Below the pieces are notes generated by a model. It was not told where the DNA came from. It did not search any database and worked only from the letters and a program-made list of their open reading frames with translations. From Octopus vulgaris (taxonomy: Eukaryota): a stretch of DNA of 64,000 nt. Both the position numbers and the translations under genes were made by a program. This document shows, piece by piece, positions 1 to 13,063 of this stretch. Within the stretch, counting starts at the first letter, position 1. Each line of letters begins with the position of its first letter. The DNA lies in NCBI GenBank assembly GCA_951406725.2, contig OX597827.1, positions 59,148,001-59,212,000 of the forward strand, read 5' to 3'.

Positions 1-607
1 TACAAAATATACATAAAACATCCAAATCTGAACCTACATAATACATACATACATACATACATACATACATGCATGCATGCATGCATGCATACATACATAC
101 ATACATACATACATACATGCATGCATACATACATACATACATGCATACATGCATACATACATACATACATACATACATACATACATACATACATACATGC
201 ATACATACGGACACCAGCCCACATTGCCTAAGATCTAATCTTGAGAAATTAGGCCTCTCACAACCAGAAAAAGAGCAAGCTGATTCGAAGACTACAGATC
301 CAAACAATTACTAGAACTAAAAACTAGTTAAACTTTCCAAAAGTTTTTCATTTAAGTACATACGCGCATGTCTAGACGTGTACAACAATACACATGAGAA
401 TACATAGAAAAAACAGAACATACAAATCGGCACGTGCACTGACTCCAAATACTGTACGTACACACACATACATGCAAAAATACGTTGTTGATGTTGTTGA
501 AATTCCAGTGAAGGAGCCATGGATCTAGGTTAGAAACCAGCTCTTTCTGCATTGGCAAGAAATCTTGAAATAAAACTGAATAGTGACACACAAACACACA
601 CACCACA

Positions 608-687
<80 letters not shown>

Positions 688-734
688 GATATAGATAAGA
701 AAGTTGGTTTGTGAAAGCACGTGGTTGAATATAT

Positions 735-1060
735 AGAAAATAGTAAAAAGTGAAAAAACTACAGAAGGCTTGTTTTAAAAGGTTAAAGAATATATATTTA
801 AGTCAATATGTCTGAAGAATATTATTAATTTTTTTCTTACAATGACATAATTTAGAAGAAAGACAGTTTCGCGTTTAGCTTTTCAAATTTCTTACGTAAA
901 CATAACGACGTAAGAAATTTGAAAAGCTAAACGCGAAACCGGTTTTTCTTCTAAATTATGTCATTGTAAGAAAAAAAATTATAATATTCTTCTGACTTAA
1001 ATATATATTCCTTAACCTTTTAAAACAAGCCTTCTGTAGTTTTTTCACTTTTTACTATTT

Positions 1061-1063
<3 letters not shown>
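735..1063. repeat. About 330-bp palindrome between TA tracts
   Basis: Arms 735-897 and 908-1063 are reverse complements. Confidence 0.93.
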
Positions 1064-1647
<584 letters not shown>

Positions 1648-1907
1648 GTATGGAGGTGCGTGGCTTAGTGGTTAGGGTGTCAGCATCATGATCGTAAGAT
1701 TGTGGTTTCGATTCCTGGACCGGGCAATGCATTGTGTTCTTGAGTAAAACACTTCATTTCGCGTTGCTCCAGTCCACTCAGCTGGCAAAAATGAGTAATG
1801 CTGCAATGGACTGGCGTCCTGTGCAGCTGGGGAACACATACACCATAGAAACTGGGAAACCGGTAAACCGGGCCCGTGTGCCTGGCTAGGCTTTAAAAGG
1901 GCGCATT

Positions 1908-1971
<64 letters not shown>

Positions 1972-2097
1972 GCAGCTTACTACGAACCTTCGACGTCACC
2001 CCATCCCCGTAAACGCGGCCGACCTCCTCACGCTGTCTCACCTGTTATAATTATCGGAGACACCTTCGGGTATGACTGACACATATACGCGCATGCG

Positions 2098-2161
<64 letters not shown>

Positions 2162-2740
2162 TTTATATACACATATTCAACAAGCAAGTAATCATTTCTC
2201 AAAAATATTGGCAAAATATTTTTCAGCAGAATTTTCGCGTGGCAACTCTGGCACTCTATGAATTTTATGTATACTCAGTAAAGCAATCTAAACAGCATTT
2301 CTAACGGAATATTGTAACAAAAAAAACTTTCGAAATATCATAAACTAGGTAAGTAATGATCATTGCCATTACCAGATACGTACTGGGGTCGATCTAATAA
2401 TAACAACAACACGATTGCAGAATCAATGAAAAATTAATTTATTTCTGTTTTATTTTGCGTATGTCTATTAGTTGTTGAGCAATGGGATAAATTCCTTTCC
2501 TTCCTCTGTGATAGGATTCCAGCCCATTGCAAATAACATTCCAAATTGAAGATTAACAATAATGCTATCGCCAAGCTTTAAGTGAAACTGAAAGTGCCTA
2601 GTCTTGTAGAATTAAATGCTTCGCTAAATACAGAAACTACACCGAATAGTTAGAATATAAAACGTTTGTCCTGCAAGCATATCAACTTATCAAAATAGTT
2701 TTTACTTGATAATATATTAGTAACATGGTATTTTTACAAG

Positions 2741-2914
2741 CTAATATATCGTACAGTTTTTATTTCTAACACTGGCAATACTATCAACGAAGCGTTCACT
2801 AAACATATATGTTTCAAATGGCGAACTGAATTTCCTTAGAGAATCTGTCATGTAGTAGAGTTGACGGCAAGTATCGGATCCCTGAGTTAAAAACTTCAAA
2901 AGAAAGTGCCTCAT
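2741..2914 (-). CDS. Candidate 3' exon of unknown gene: MRHFLLKFLTQGSDTCRQLYYMTDSLRKFSSPFETYMFSERFVDSIASVRNKNCTIY*
   Basis: tttgttttgcag acceptor, phase 0, 57 open codons to TAG. It may instead splice to a further segment at 2468-2587 (FHLKLGDSIIVNLQFGMLFAMGWNPITEEGKEFIPLLNN*). Confidence 0.55.
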   Translation of the reverse strand: MRHFLLKFLTQGSDTCRQLYYMTDSLRKFSSPFETYMFSERFVDSIASVRNKNCTIY

Positions 2915-2939
2915 CTGCAAAACAAAGAAAAACTTCTTT

Positions 2940-3019
<80 letters not shown>

Positions 3020-3168
3020 ATCTCGGAAGATTTTACATAAGAATAAACTTTTATTTTTACGTAGATGCTCTGTCCTTTCTTCCTATAATTATAAACTGAC
3101 AGTCACACACAAACACAAATGTTCATCTTTCTTTTTCTTCTTCTTCTTCTTCTTCTTATTATTATTAT

Positions 3169-3722
3169 TGAGTGAGAGAGCAGTTCATGCCATCAAAGTG
3201 ACACTGGTGTAAAATATACGAAGCCCAATATACCCATCATGACTACCCGTCTGATAAAGGTACACCAGGCACATGCATCACAACCATATGTGCGCGACAT
3301 GGTGATCTCATATCAAAATAAACAGCACATGACCTTGCAGGTGGGGCCCAGTTAGAATTTTCTTCAGGTTGAGTAGCCCATCCCGCTCAAACGGTCCCTG
3401 AATAAGGGTTGTTTAAGGATGTTGAAAGAACCACCCATGTTTCCAGAGGTGAGCTATTCAAACCCCAAAGAATCCCTCTCAACACATGGCTATGATGCTC
3501 CCCCACTACTTCTGCTCGTGATCAGAGATGCACATATCGTCAGCCACTAAGGGACATGCTCAACTGGTTAAGGTCAAACAACTGACAAGCAAATCTGTGG
3601 TATTGAGCAGAATATTTGCTGTAGCCCATCTTTTAACCAAGACAAAACAATGTACATGATAACACTTCCAATCAGTTAAGATTAGAAGCCATGAGAGCCA
3701 CTGCCTGGTACTGCATCAGGGC

Positions 3723-3725
<3 letters not shown>
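3169..3725 (-). mobile_element. Unclassified non-coding interspersed element embedded in (TTA)n
   Basis: Abrupt higher-GC 555-bp block with (TTA)n on both sides, consistent with an (AAT)n-tailed retroposon on the minus strand. Confidence 0.5.
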
Positions 3726-3791
<66 letters not shown>

Positions 3792-3818
3792 CATCATCAG
3801 TATTATTATCAGTATTAT

Positions 3819-3851
<33 letters not shown>

Positions 3852-4075
3852 CTCTTACTCTTTACTCTTTTACTTGTTTCAGTCATTTGACTGTGGTCAT
3901 GCTTGAGCACCGCCTTTAATTGAGCAACTCGACCCCGGGACTTATTCTTTTGTAAGCCTAGTACTTATTCTATCTATCTCTTTTGCCGAACCGCTAAGTA
4001 ACTGGGACATAAACACACCAGCATCGGTTGTCAAGCAATGCTAGGGGGATAAACACAGACACACAAACACAGACA

Positions 4076-4114
<39 letters not shown>

Positions 4115-4436
4115 GACGGGCTTCTTTCAGTTTCCGTCTACCAAATCCACTCACAAGGCTTTGGTCGGCCCGAGGCTATAGTAGAAGACACTTGCCCAAG
4201 GTGCCACGCAGTGGGAATGAACCCGGAAACATGTGGTTGGTAAACAGGCTACTTACCACACAGCCACTCCATATATCATTACATATATATTATTATTATT
4301 ATTATATACATACATACATACATGCATGTGCGTTTTCTGCGATGATTTGATAAGTGGTGCCGAGTTTTACTCTTCTGTAAATAATAATTATATTTTATAA
4401 TCTTCAAGCTTATAAGCGATTACCGTGTGCGTGTGT

Positions 4437-4468
<32 letters not shown>

Positions 4469-4553
4469 ATGCACATACATGTACAAGTGTGTGTATATAC
4501 ACACATATGCGTACACACACACACATATATATATATATATATGTGTGTATATG

Positions 4554-4591
<38 letters not shown>

Positions 4592-5189
4592 CACATACAC
4601 ATGTGTGTGAGAGATACAGAGATAATATAATGTATTTCTTTACTGCCCAAAAGGGGCTAAACATACAGGGGACAAACAAGGACAGACAAAGGGATTAAGT
4701 CGAATACATCGACCCCAGTGGGAAACTGGTACTTTATTTATCGACCCCGAAAGGATGAAAGCCATTCCACCAGTGTTGATCCCACCTTTTGAGATCATAA
4801 TTTACCTAGTGAAAACGAGGTAGCGAGATGGCCGAATCTTTAGCACACCAGACAAAACGGTTAACTGTATTTTGCCCGTCCCTCCTTTCTGAGTTCAAAT
4901 TCTGCTGAGGTCGACTTTGCTGTTCATCTTTTCGGTGTTGATTAAAAAAATAAAAAGCCATAGTTGAGCAGTGAGATCGATGTAATCAACATATCTCCTC
5001 CCCCGAAATTGCTGGCCTTGTGTCAAAGTTTGAAACCATTTAACTTGACCAAAATTTAATTCTTTTTTTTTAGTGATATTTAGCTGGTAAAACGGGATAG
5101 TCAAGGCTTGATTGTCAGGGGTGGCAATAAACACAAATCAACATCAATAACAACAAAAATGTCATAAAAGTAAATAATGAAATACTTAC

Positions 5190-5297
5190 TGGAATATCCA
5201 TAACCTTTTTGATGGTAGCACTAATATTATTGCGGTTCCACGTTTCAGCCTTCAACGCCGTCTGAAAAGTTTTTCGCGGCGATATTTCAGGGGTGTA
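5190..5297 (-). CDS. Candidate exon of unknown gene: YTPEISPRKTFQTALKAETWNRNNISATIKKVMDIP
   Basis: tctctttctttag acceptor, gtaagt donor; 108 nt, only frame 0 is open. Confidence 0.65.
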
Positions 5298-5568
5298 CTA
5301 AAGAAAGAGAAGCAGAATACATAATTATGCATACATGTATTTATATACATACGTACATACATACATACACATACATATTTTTTTCTATTTGTGTTTTTCA
5401 CACCCTCTGTTCTCCTGTCAGTCTCTCTCTTCTTTTTCATGATGATGGACTAACGTCCAAAACGTGTGACAATCAAGCCCATTAACGCATTAAATCAATA
5501 CTTTGTTCCTGTGTTATCCTTTTTAATGCTTAATTAATTACCCTATGTTTGTGTATGCATGTATGTGT

Positions 5569-5629
<61 letters not shown>

Positions 5630-5772
5630 TTAGAAAAAACCACCTTTTATCAATTTAATAATGATTTAGTATTTCTAAATTGAATTTTCCCCTGTAAATT
5701 TGGAATAATATTCCCTCATTATTATTATTATTGTTGTTATTATTATTATTGTAGTTATTATTATTATTATTA

Positions 5773-5830
<58 letters not shown>

Positions 5831-5983
5831 CATATGATAGGGATGACCTCTATGTGGACAGCCCTTATGCTAGAAGTAGATCCGCTATGGTCTTAGCACT
5901 AATAGATATTCTCAAGAAAAATTTAGCAAACACCAGAACGTAAGCGAGCAAGACAAATGAAAAGTAGCAAAAATATAGATTAT

Positions 5984-6056
5984 TCACATACATGTTTCAC
6001 TATTAACAGATTGCGTAATTTTACTTACGCAATTTGTCCGTAAATCTTCAGTGTGA
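5984..6056 (-). ncRNA. Type I hammerhead-ribozyme-like motif of Penelope pLTR type, core intact
   Basis: UCACA-CUGAAGA-[long stem II containing AUUGCGUAA/UUACGCAAU]-GAA-ACAUGU-A-UGUGA: 5-bp stem I, palindromic stem III and a GUA cleavage triplet. Confidence 0.65.
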
Positions 6057-6166
6057 CCGTCTATACAGATATAATTAACAGAACTATGTACTATTTAATA
6101 TGCTACACCACTGGTGTTAAATTGATGTTAATTAAATTAATATCAAATTTCTCACCCTCATTTTAA

Positions 6167-6233
<67 letters not shown>

Positions 6234-6237
<4 letters not shown>

Positions 6238-7067
6238 GGGGTACGAAAAAGTAACCGGAAGCGTTTTCTGTGGGACAAAAGCGTTGTAGTTCAGGCTTCC
6301 ACCACTAGAAGGCACTTCATACGACACTCAGGCATCAGTCTGCAGACCGGTGTTGTCCACTGAGGTCGTACTACCACGTGGTACATCTTTGTTTCGCAGT
6401 TCATCGATTTATGCGAAGGGACAGCGTGCTTCCGTGAAATTCTGTTTCCTGCTGAAGAAAACGGCAGCCAAAAAAGTTTTCATGCTTCAAACAGCTTGCA
6501 AGGCTGCTGCCACGAGCAAAACATAAGTTTTCTTGTGGTTTTCATGAGTCAAGAATGATCACTTGTCACTTGAGGACCAACCCTGTTTAGGGCGACCGTC
6601 GACCTGCAGAAAGAATGATGATATGAAAATTCATGAAATGATCTTGGAGGACGGTCACCGAACAATTTGCGAACTTGTTGATGTGACAGGTGTGTTCTGG
6701 AGCTTCTGTCAACGAATTTTGGGTGAGGAATTGGGAATGAAAAGAGTTGCAATAAAATTTGTGCCTCGCTTGCTCAAGGAAGATCAAAAGCGGTCACGAC
6801 TCAATGCATGTTGTGAACTAAAAGAACAGCTGGAAGTTGATCCGGATCTCTCTTCGAAGGTCATCACTGGTGACGAAAGCTAGTGCTACGTAATTTTCAG
6901 ATGGAGGCATTAAAATACATCAGTTCTCAAGGGTTCCGGCACTGTTTCAAACAGTGGAAAACGTGTCTGTGTCTGGGCCGATGCATTGTTTCAAATGGAG
7001 AATACGTTGAAGGCGATAAAAGTATAAGCATATTGCAAAATTCCAGTTTCTCTTGGGTATCCCGTCG
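6234..7067 (+). mobile_element. Tc1/mariner relic, internally deleted
   Basis: Imperfect TIRs (tgagggggtacgaaaaagtaaccggaa / ttccagtttctcttgggtatcccgtcg). Transposase remnant with HTH region, KFVPRLL and VITGDES; most of the catalytic domain is missing. Confidence 0.88.
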
Positions 7068-7082
7068 TGTGTGTGTATGTGT

Positions 7083-7132
<50 letters not shown>

Positions 7133-7134
7133 CA

Positions 7135-7435
7135 TGAGCTGTTGCAGAATGGAGGGAACAAGTGCCAGTAAAAAAAACAGCTCCTGAAGTGCAAATGGGG
7201 AAGGACAGGCCATAGATTAAGGAAACCAGCATCTAACATTACACGTCAGACCCTGACTTGGAACCTACGAGTTAATTGAGAAAGCGGACACCCTAAAAAT
7301 AGCTGGAGGTGGGATACTCAGAGTGAGCCGAAAAAATAGGGATCCAACAGGAGAGAAGCAGAAAAGACAGCCCAGTGTCAAGAACATTGGAGGAAAAGTC
7401 ATCGGTGGTCTACACTCCATAAGGAGCGAAAGATT
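7135..7435 (+). mobile_element. Old RTE LINE 3' relic
   Basis: KWGRTGHRLRKPASNITRQTLTWN...GHPKNSWR motif. Confidence 0.75.
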
Positions 7436-7767
7436 TGTCCCTTTAGCATTCAGATTATCCCGTCACAATGTAATGCTTTTTCATTCATATTGTTTTTCAT
7501 ACATCATGCAATATCCCATAGCTTCAAAATTTTGATGATGTGATTGTATCTCTTTCTCTTTTTTACTTGTTTCAGTCATTTTGACTGCGGCCATACTGGA
7601 GCACCGCCTTTAATCGAGCAACTCGACCCCGGGACTTATTCTTTGTAAGCCCAGTACTTATTCTATCGGTCTATTTTGCCGAACCGCTAAGTGACGGGGA
7701 CATAGACACACCAGCATCGGTTGTCAAGCAATGCTAGGGGGACAAACACAGACACACAAAATACACG

Positions 7768-7863
<96 letters not shown>

Positions 7864-8369
7864 CATACGACGGGCTTCTTTCAGTTTCCGTCTACCAAAT
7901 CCACTCACAAGGCTTTGGTCGGCCCGAGGCTATAGTAGAAGATACTTGTCCAAGGTGCCACGCAGTGGGACTGAAACCGGAACCATGTGGTTGGTAAGCA
8001 AGCTACTTACCACACAGCCACTCCTGCTATTTTAAAATAGCGTTGAAAGGTGTAATAGGTTGGATCTAGCCAGTTTGAACGTAGAACAGATAGCATATTT
8101 GGGCCGGACATAACCGGCTTAAATGCTAAATGGTTAAATAAGTAAATAACTGATCGTTGTCATTTTGACGGCTTTGTTCATTTCTTTCTGTCCATTAACA
8201 TCTGATAATTTTGATTGTGTTAGAAGGGAAATAAGTATATCACATGGGCTACTGCCCTAGTAAGCAGCACATCCAGACACCGAGTTATCCTTCGATTCTT
8301 ATTAGGCCTCTTCGTATCGACCGGACACCCGATCAGAATGTTTACAATGGAATGGACATTCAGTGGACA

Positions 8370-8602
8370 GGCGGCGAGCTGGCAGAAACGTTAGCACGCC
8401 GGGCGAAATGCGTAGCCGTATTTCGTCTGCCGTTACGTTCTGAGTTCAAATTCCGCCGAGGTCGGCTTTGCCTTTTATCCTTCCTGGGTCGATTAAATAA
8501 GTACCAGTTACGCACTGGGGTCGATATAATCGACTTAATCTGTTTGTCTGTCCTTGTTTGTCCTCTCTGTGTTTAGCCCCTTGTGGGTAGTAAAGAAATA
8601 GG
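8370..8602 (+). mobile_element. SINE family B (representative monomer)
   Basis: Head ggcgagcTGGCAGAAACG...GAGTTCAAATT, body gtcgactttgcctttcatcctttcggggtcgat. Other copies at about 4632-5035, 13108-13522, 19536-19727, 21317-22437, 25200-25777, 40572-40806, 43600-44013, 58625-58825, 62530-62740. Confidence 0.88.
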
Positions 8603-8705
8603 TGGTGTTAGTTCTTAACCAGACGTATTATTGAGCTGATCGCCAATGGGAACAGAGTCCAGAAGTTCTAGAAGAAACAAAAGTCAAAAGTTGAAAAATA
8701 CTTAC

Positions 8706-8738
8706 ACAAGAGTATGGTTCAGCTAAACACGAAACAAA
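8706..8738 (-). CDS. Candidate micro-exon of unknown gene: FVSCLAEPYSC
   Basis: tttttcattttcag acceptor, gtaagt donor; 33 nt, only frame 0 is open. Confidence 0.55.
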
Positions 8739-10148
8739 CTGAAAATGAAAAAATGAAAGCAAAAATTAAATTTTTTTTTAAATAGTAAAATGTTGAGAGA
8801 ATAATGGGGTCTAATTTAGGAACAAGACCACAATTTTGAGGGCCGTTATTAATCGTTATCATTAACCTCCGTACTTGACTCTCTTACTCTTTACTCTTTT
8901 ACTTGTTTCAGTCATTTGACTGCGGCCATGCTGGAGCACCGCCTTTAATCGAGCAACTCGACCTTATTCTTTTGTAAGCCCAGTACTTATTCTGTCGGTC
9001 TCTTTTGCCGAACCGCTAAGTAACAGGGACATAAACACACCAGCATCGGTTGTCAAGCAATGCTAGGGGGACAAACACAGACACACAAACACACACACGC
9101 ATATATATATATACATATATACGAGGGGCTTCTTTCAGTTTCCGTCTACCAAATCCACTCACAAGGCTTTGGTCGGCCCGAGGCTATAGTAGAAGACACT
9201 TGCCCAAGGTGCCACACAGTGGGACTGAACCCGGAACCATGTGGTTGGTAAACAATCTACTTACCACACAGCCACTCCTAACTGGTACTTTATTTTATCA
9301 ACTCCAAAAACAAATGAATGACAAGGTTGTCCTCAGCTATAGTTAAACTTAAAAGATAAAAAGAAATGTAAAGAGGAAAACTGCAAGGCTTTTATCAACG
9401 CTCTAACAATTCGCTTAGCTCACTGAATTAATAATAATTCTTTCTACTGCAGGCACAAGACCTGAAATTTAGTGGGAGGGGGAGGAACCCGTCGATTACA
9501 TCAACCCCAGGGCTCAAGTGGTACTTATTTTTATCGATCCGAAAAGGATGAAAAACAAAGTCGACCTCGGAGTGATTTGAAATTAAAACATAAGGAACCG
9601 GTACAAATATCACAAAGTGTAGGGTGAGGAATGGGTGAGACGATTAGATAAAGATGCTATCCAAACGCTGAACTTTTTCAGCAGTGCCGGTGGTACGTAA
9701 GAGAACCATCCGAACGTGACCGTTGCCAGCACCGCCCCGACTGGCCTCGTGCCGGTGGCACGTATAAAAGCACCATCCGATTGTGGCCGTTTGCCAGCCT
9801 CGCCTGGCCCCCGTGCCGGTGGCACGTATAAAAGCACCATCAGATCGTGGCCGTTTGCCAGCCTCGTCTGGCACCTGTGACGGTGGCACGTAAAAAGCAC
9901 CCACTACACTCACGGAGTGGTTGGCGTTAGGAAGGGCATCCAGCCGTAGAAACATTGCCAGATCAGACTGGGCCTGGTGCAGCCTTCTGGCTTCCCAGAC
10001 CCCAGTTGAACCGTCCAACCCATGCTAGCATGGAAAGCGGATGCGAAACGAAGAAGTCAGACGTCACAATTGTTTTTGGCATTAACTGCCTATGATTTGG
10101 TTTACACTCAATATCTATAAAGAGAAAACGAATAGTATTTATACTCAC

Positions 10149-10283
10149 GCGCGGTTTTGTCAGTGGATCGATACGGCCACTGATATATAGAAATATATCC
10201 TTGGCATTTTCAGACTTTAAATCAGACAGTTTCATAAAGAATTTCTTGAATCCAAACAAATTTGTCGCGTGAAAATATTGTGA
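10149..10283 (-). CDS. Candidate exon of unknown gene: SQYFHATNLFGFKKFFMKLSDLKSENAKDIFLYISGRIDPLTKPR
   Basis: Strong pyrimidine tract with ccaag acceptor, gtgagt donor; 135 nt open, phase 0/0. Confidence 0.65.
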
Positions 10284-10808
10284 CTTGGAAATAAAAGAAA
10301 AAGGTAAAAAAAAAAAAGTTACATTAAGGAAAATATATACTCTTTTACTCTTTTACTTGTTTCAGTCATTTGATTGCGGCTATGCTGGAGCACCGCCTTT
10401 AGTCGAAAAAATCGATCCCAGGACTTATTCTTTGTAAGCCTAGTACTTATTCTATCAGTCTCTTTGCCGAACCGCTAAGTTACTGGGACATAGACACACC
10501 AGCATCGGTAGTCAAGCGATGTTGGTGGAACAAACACAGACATACAAACACACACATATATACGCCTATACATATATACGACGGACTTCTTTCAGTTTCC
10601 GTCTACCAAATCCACTCACCAGGCTTTGGTCGGTCCGAGGCTACAGTAGAAGACACTTGCCCACTCAGTGAGACTGAACCCGGAACCATGTAGTTGGTAA
10701 GCAAGCTACTTACCACACAGCCACTCCTAATAATCTGACAGGGGGAGTAGGTGTAATAGATTGAATGGATCCCAGTAATATATTAGTTTGAAAAGGAAGT
10801 CATGTCAC

Positions 10809-10874
10809 ATTTTTGACATGAATACTTCGAAGGCACTTTTTCGATAAAGCAAAATAACCATTAATCTTTATATC
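10809..10874 (-). CDS. Candidate exon of unknown gene: DIKINGYFALSKKCLRSIHVKN
   Basis: tttccactag acceptor and a weak gtgaca donor; phase 0/0. Confidence 0.35.
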
Positions 10875-11090
10875 CTAGTGGAAATGCGGACATTTGTTGT
10901 TGATTTTTCCCTTTTTTGCAGATTACTTTATATCATAGCGGTTAAATTCATATTAATTTTTACCCTTTTAAAATGAGTTTAGATCAGACCCTTATTAGAC
11001 ACGGCCTGCTGCACGGATGCAAAAGTGACTCTTCAGCAATGGAAATGGCAAGAAATGTACCTTTAAGTGGTTCTGTCTATAGAAATGTAC

Positions 11091-11201
11091 CTTCAAGTAC
11101 CCGGACATATCAACAATGGTTTGGGCCAGATTTGCTCGAGAAATTTTTCTCTCGCATATTTCCCGTGATCCAAACGACAAAATTCTACCAATATAGAACT
11201 T
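11091..11201 (-). CDS. Candidate exon of unknown gene: KFYIGRILSFGSREICERKISRANLAQTIVDMSGYLK
   Basis: ttttcag acceptor, AAG|gtacat donor, phase 0/0; an alternative identical donor lies 30 nt downstream. Confidence 0.45.
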
Positions 11202-11348
11202 CTGAAAACCGTATTTTACTCTTTTACTTGTTTCAGTCATGTGACTGCGGCCATGCTGGAGCACCGTCTTTAGTCGAGCAAATCGACCCCAGGACTTATT
11301 CTTTGTAAGCCTAGTACTTATTCTATCAGTCTCTTTTGCCTAACCGCT

Positions 11349-11703
11349 GTGCAAAACCCTACCTCAGTAAAGCTGGACTCAAGAGTCATCTTCGTAGTCA
11401 TAAAGTGAGACAGATGAGTGACAACCTGGCCGCTGGTGATGGTGTTACACACCATACTAATCATATCTGTCAGGCATGTAGAAGAGAGTGTAATTCGGCA
11501 GGAGGACTTAAATGACATGCAAAGGTACATGAAGCCCAGTTACAACTACAGCCGGCTATCGCCGGTAAAAGTTTTAGCTGCCAATTCTGTACAAGACATT
11601 GTAGATCTTTAGCTGGGCTAAAAAGTCACATTCGATCACAGCACCAATAACAATTAAGCTTCGTGCAATGGCCTTACTCGATAACGAGGAGACAGCCATC
11701 ATG
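11349..11703 (+). mobile_element. RTE-like LINE 3' end with C-terminal zinc fingers
   Basis: HICQACRRECNSAGGLK*HAKVH...FSCQFCTRHCRSLAGLKSHIRSQHQ* followed by a short 3' UTR. Confidence 0.75.
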
Positions 11704-11960
11704 TCTGCGTGTATGTATATATGTAAAACAAAATGTGGCACTGGAGAAAGACAGAGAACATACGGAAAATAGGAAAAAAACACACAAAATGGACATGAAG
11801 ATGTTCATTCCCTCAAATGTCGACCAAAAATCATCACAATTTCAACGAATGTATATATGTGAGTATGCACACATACGCACACATCACGCATGCATCGCAC
11901 GCGTGCACACATACACTCGTGCGCGTGCGTGCACAAACACATACAGTCGCATGCACCCAT

Positions 11961-11992
<32 letters not shown>

Positions 11993-12785
11993 CTAGGCAG
12001 TAATCATGTAGATTATCCCTATTTCAATAAATAACTCTTTATTATTTATATATTTATTGTGAGTAAGAATCTTTTAAAATTCTTCGCCATTGTCAGGACT
12101 TTTCTAAAAAATTTTTTATATAGTTTTGCTTGCCCATGATGAAAATTACATTCCTTTTCTCTAGAAATTAACAATAAAACGTTTACAAGCCTGTAAATTT
12201 ATGTAATTTCAGCCAATCGGAAGCCTCCATTGCTGTCATACTGGAAGTTGCAATTGTCTAATTATCTGTTTCTATGGAAACAGCATTAGGAAATCGGCGA
12301 TAAGAAAATGAGAACATTATGAAACCTTGATTTTACTCTTTTACTTGTTTCAGTTGAGCAAATCGACCCCAGGACTTATTCTTTGTAAGCCTAATACTTA
12401 TTCTATCGGTCTCTTTTGCTGAACCGCTAAGTTACGGGGACGCAAACACACCAGCATCGGTTGTCACGCGATGTTGGAGGGACAAACACAGACACACAAA
12501 CACACACACACATATATATACATATACATATATACGACGGACTTCTTTCAGTTTCCATCTACCAAATCCACTCACAAGGCTTTGGTCGGTCCGAGGCTAT
12601 AGTAGAAGACACTTGCCCAAGGTGCCACGCAGTGAGACTGAACCCGGAACAATGTGGTTGGTAAGCAAGCTACTTACTACACAGCCACTCCTGCGGCTAT
12701 ATTTATTTATTTATTTATTTATTTATTTATTCATTCTTCGAAATCTCACTGTTCAGGTAACATTCTATCTTTGTTATATTTTCAC

Positions 12786-13063
12786 CTCAAAAATATAGCA
12801 AGGATAGAATGTCTCATCAATTTCAACAGTTCTTCTGGGACCATCAATTTTTAATAGGTTGTGGAGTAAATCCACTACAGAACCTTCCTCGATTAACACG
12901 AATTCGATTTTCCCCAGTGATTCGTACAACCATTCTACTGTATAAAACAAGGGGTTACTGAGTATTAAATTTCAAGAGCTACTTACCACATATCTGTAAT
13001 AGCTTGCAGCGTTATACTGAACTATGCTTAGTTCGTTCATTAGCGCCGCATCACCAGTACTTA
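12786..13063 (-). CDS. Candidate exon of unknown gene: 92 codons with one in-frame TGA (12972-12974)
   Basis: tttattgcag acceptor, GAG|gtgaaa donor; STGDAALMNELSIVQYNAASYYRYVVSSS*NLILSNPLFYTVEWLYESLGKIEFVLIEEGSVVDLLHNLLKIDGPRRTVEIDETFYPCYIFE. Confidence 0.55.

Noticed and set aside
208-580. Possible RLE-type LINE 3' end
   Set aside because: Only a vague C-terminal resemblance with no diagnostic motif.
7721-8035. Recurrent ORFs such as RRASFSFRLPNPLTRLWSARGYS and RPRKDERQSRPRRNLNSER
   Set aside because: Antisense translations of SINE families A and B.
11418-11650. Two C2H2-like motifs as a second zinc-finger gene
   Set aside because: RTE-type CxxCxRxCxSxxGLxSH motif with an internal stop, followed by a retroelement tail.
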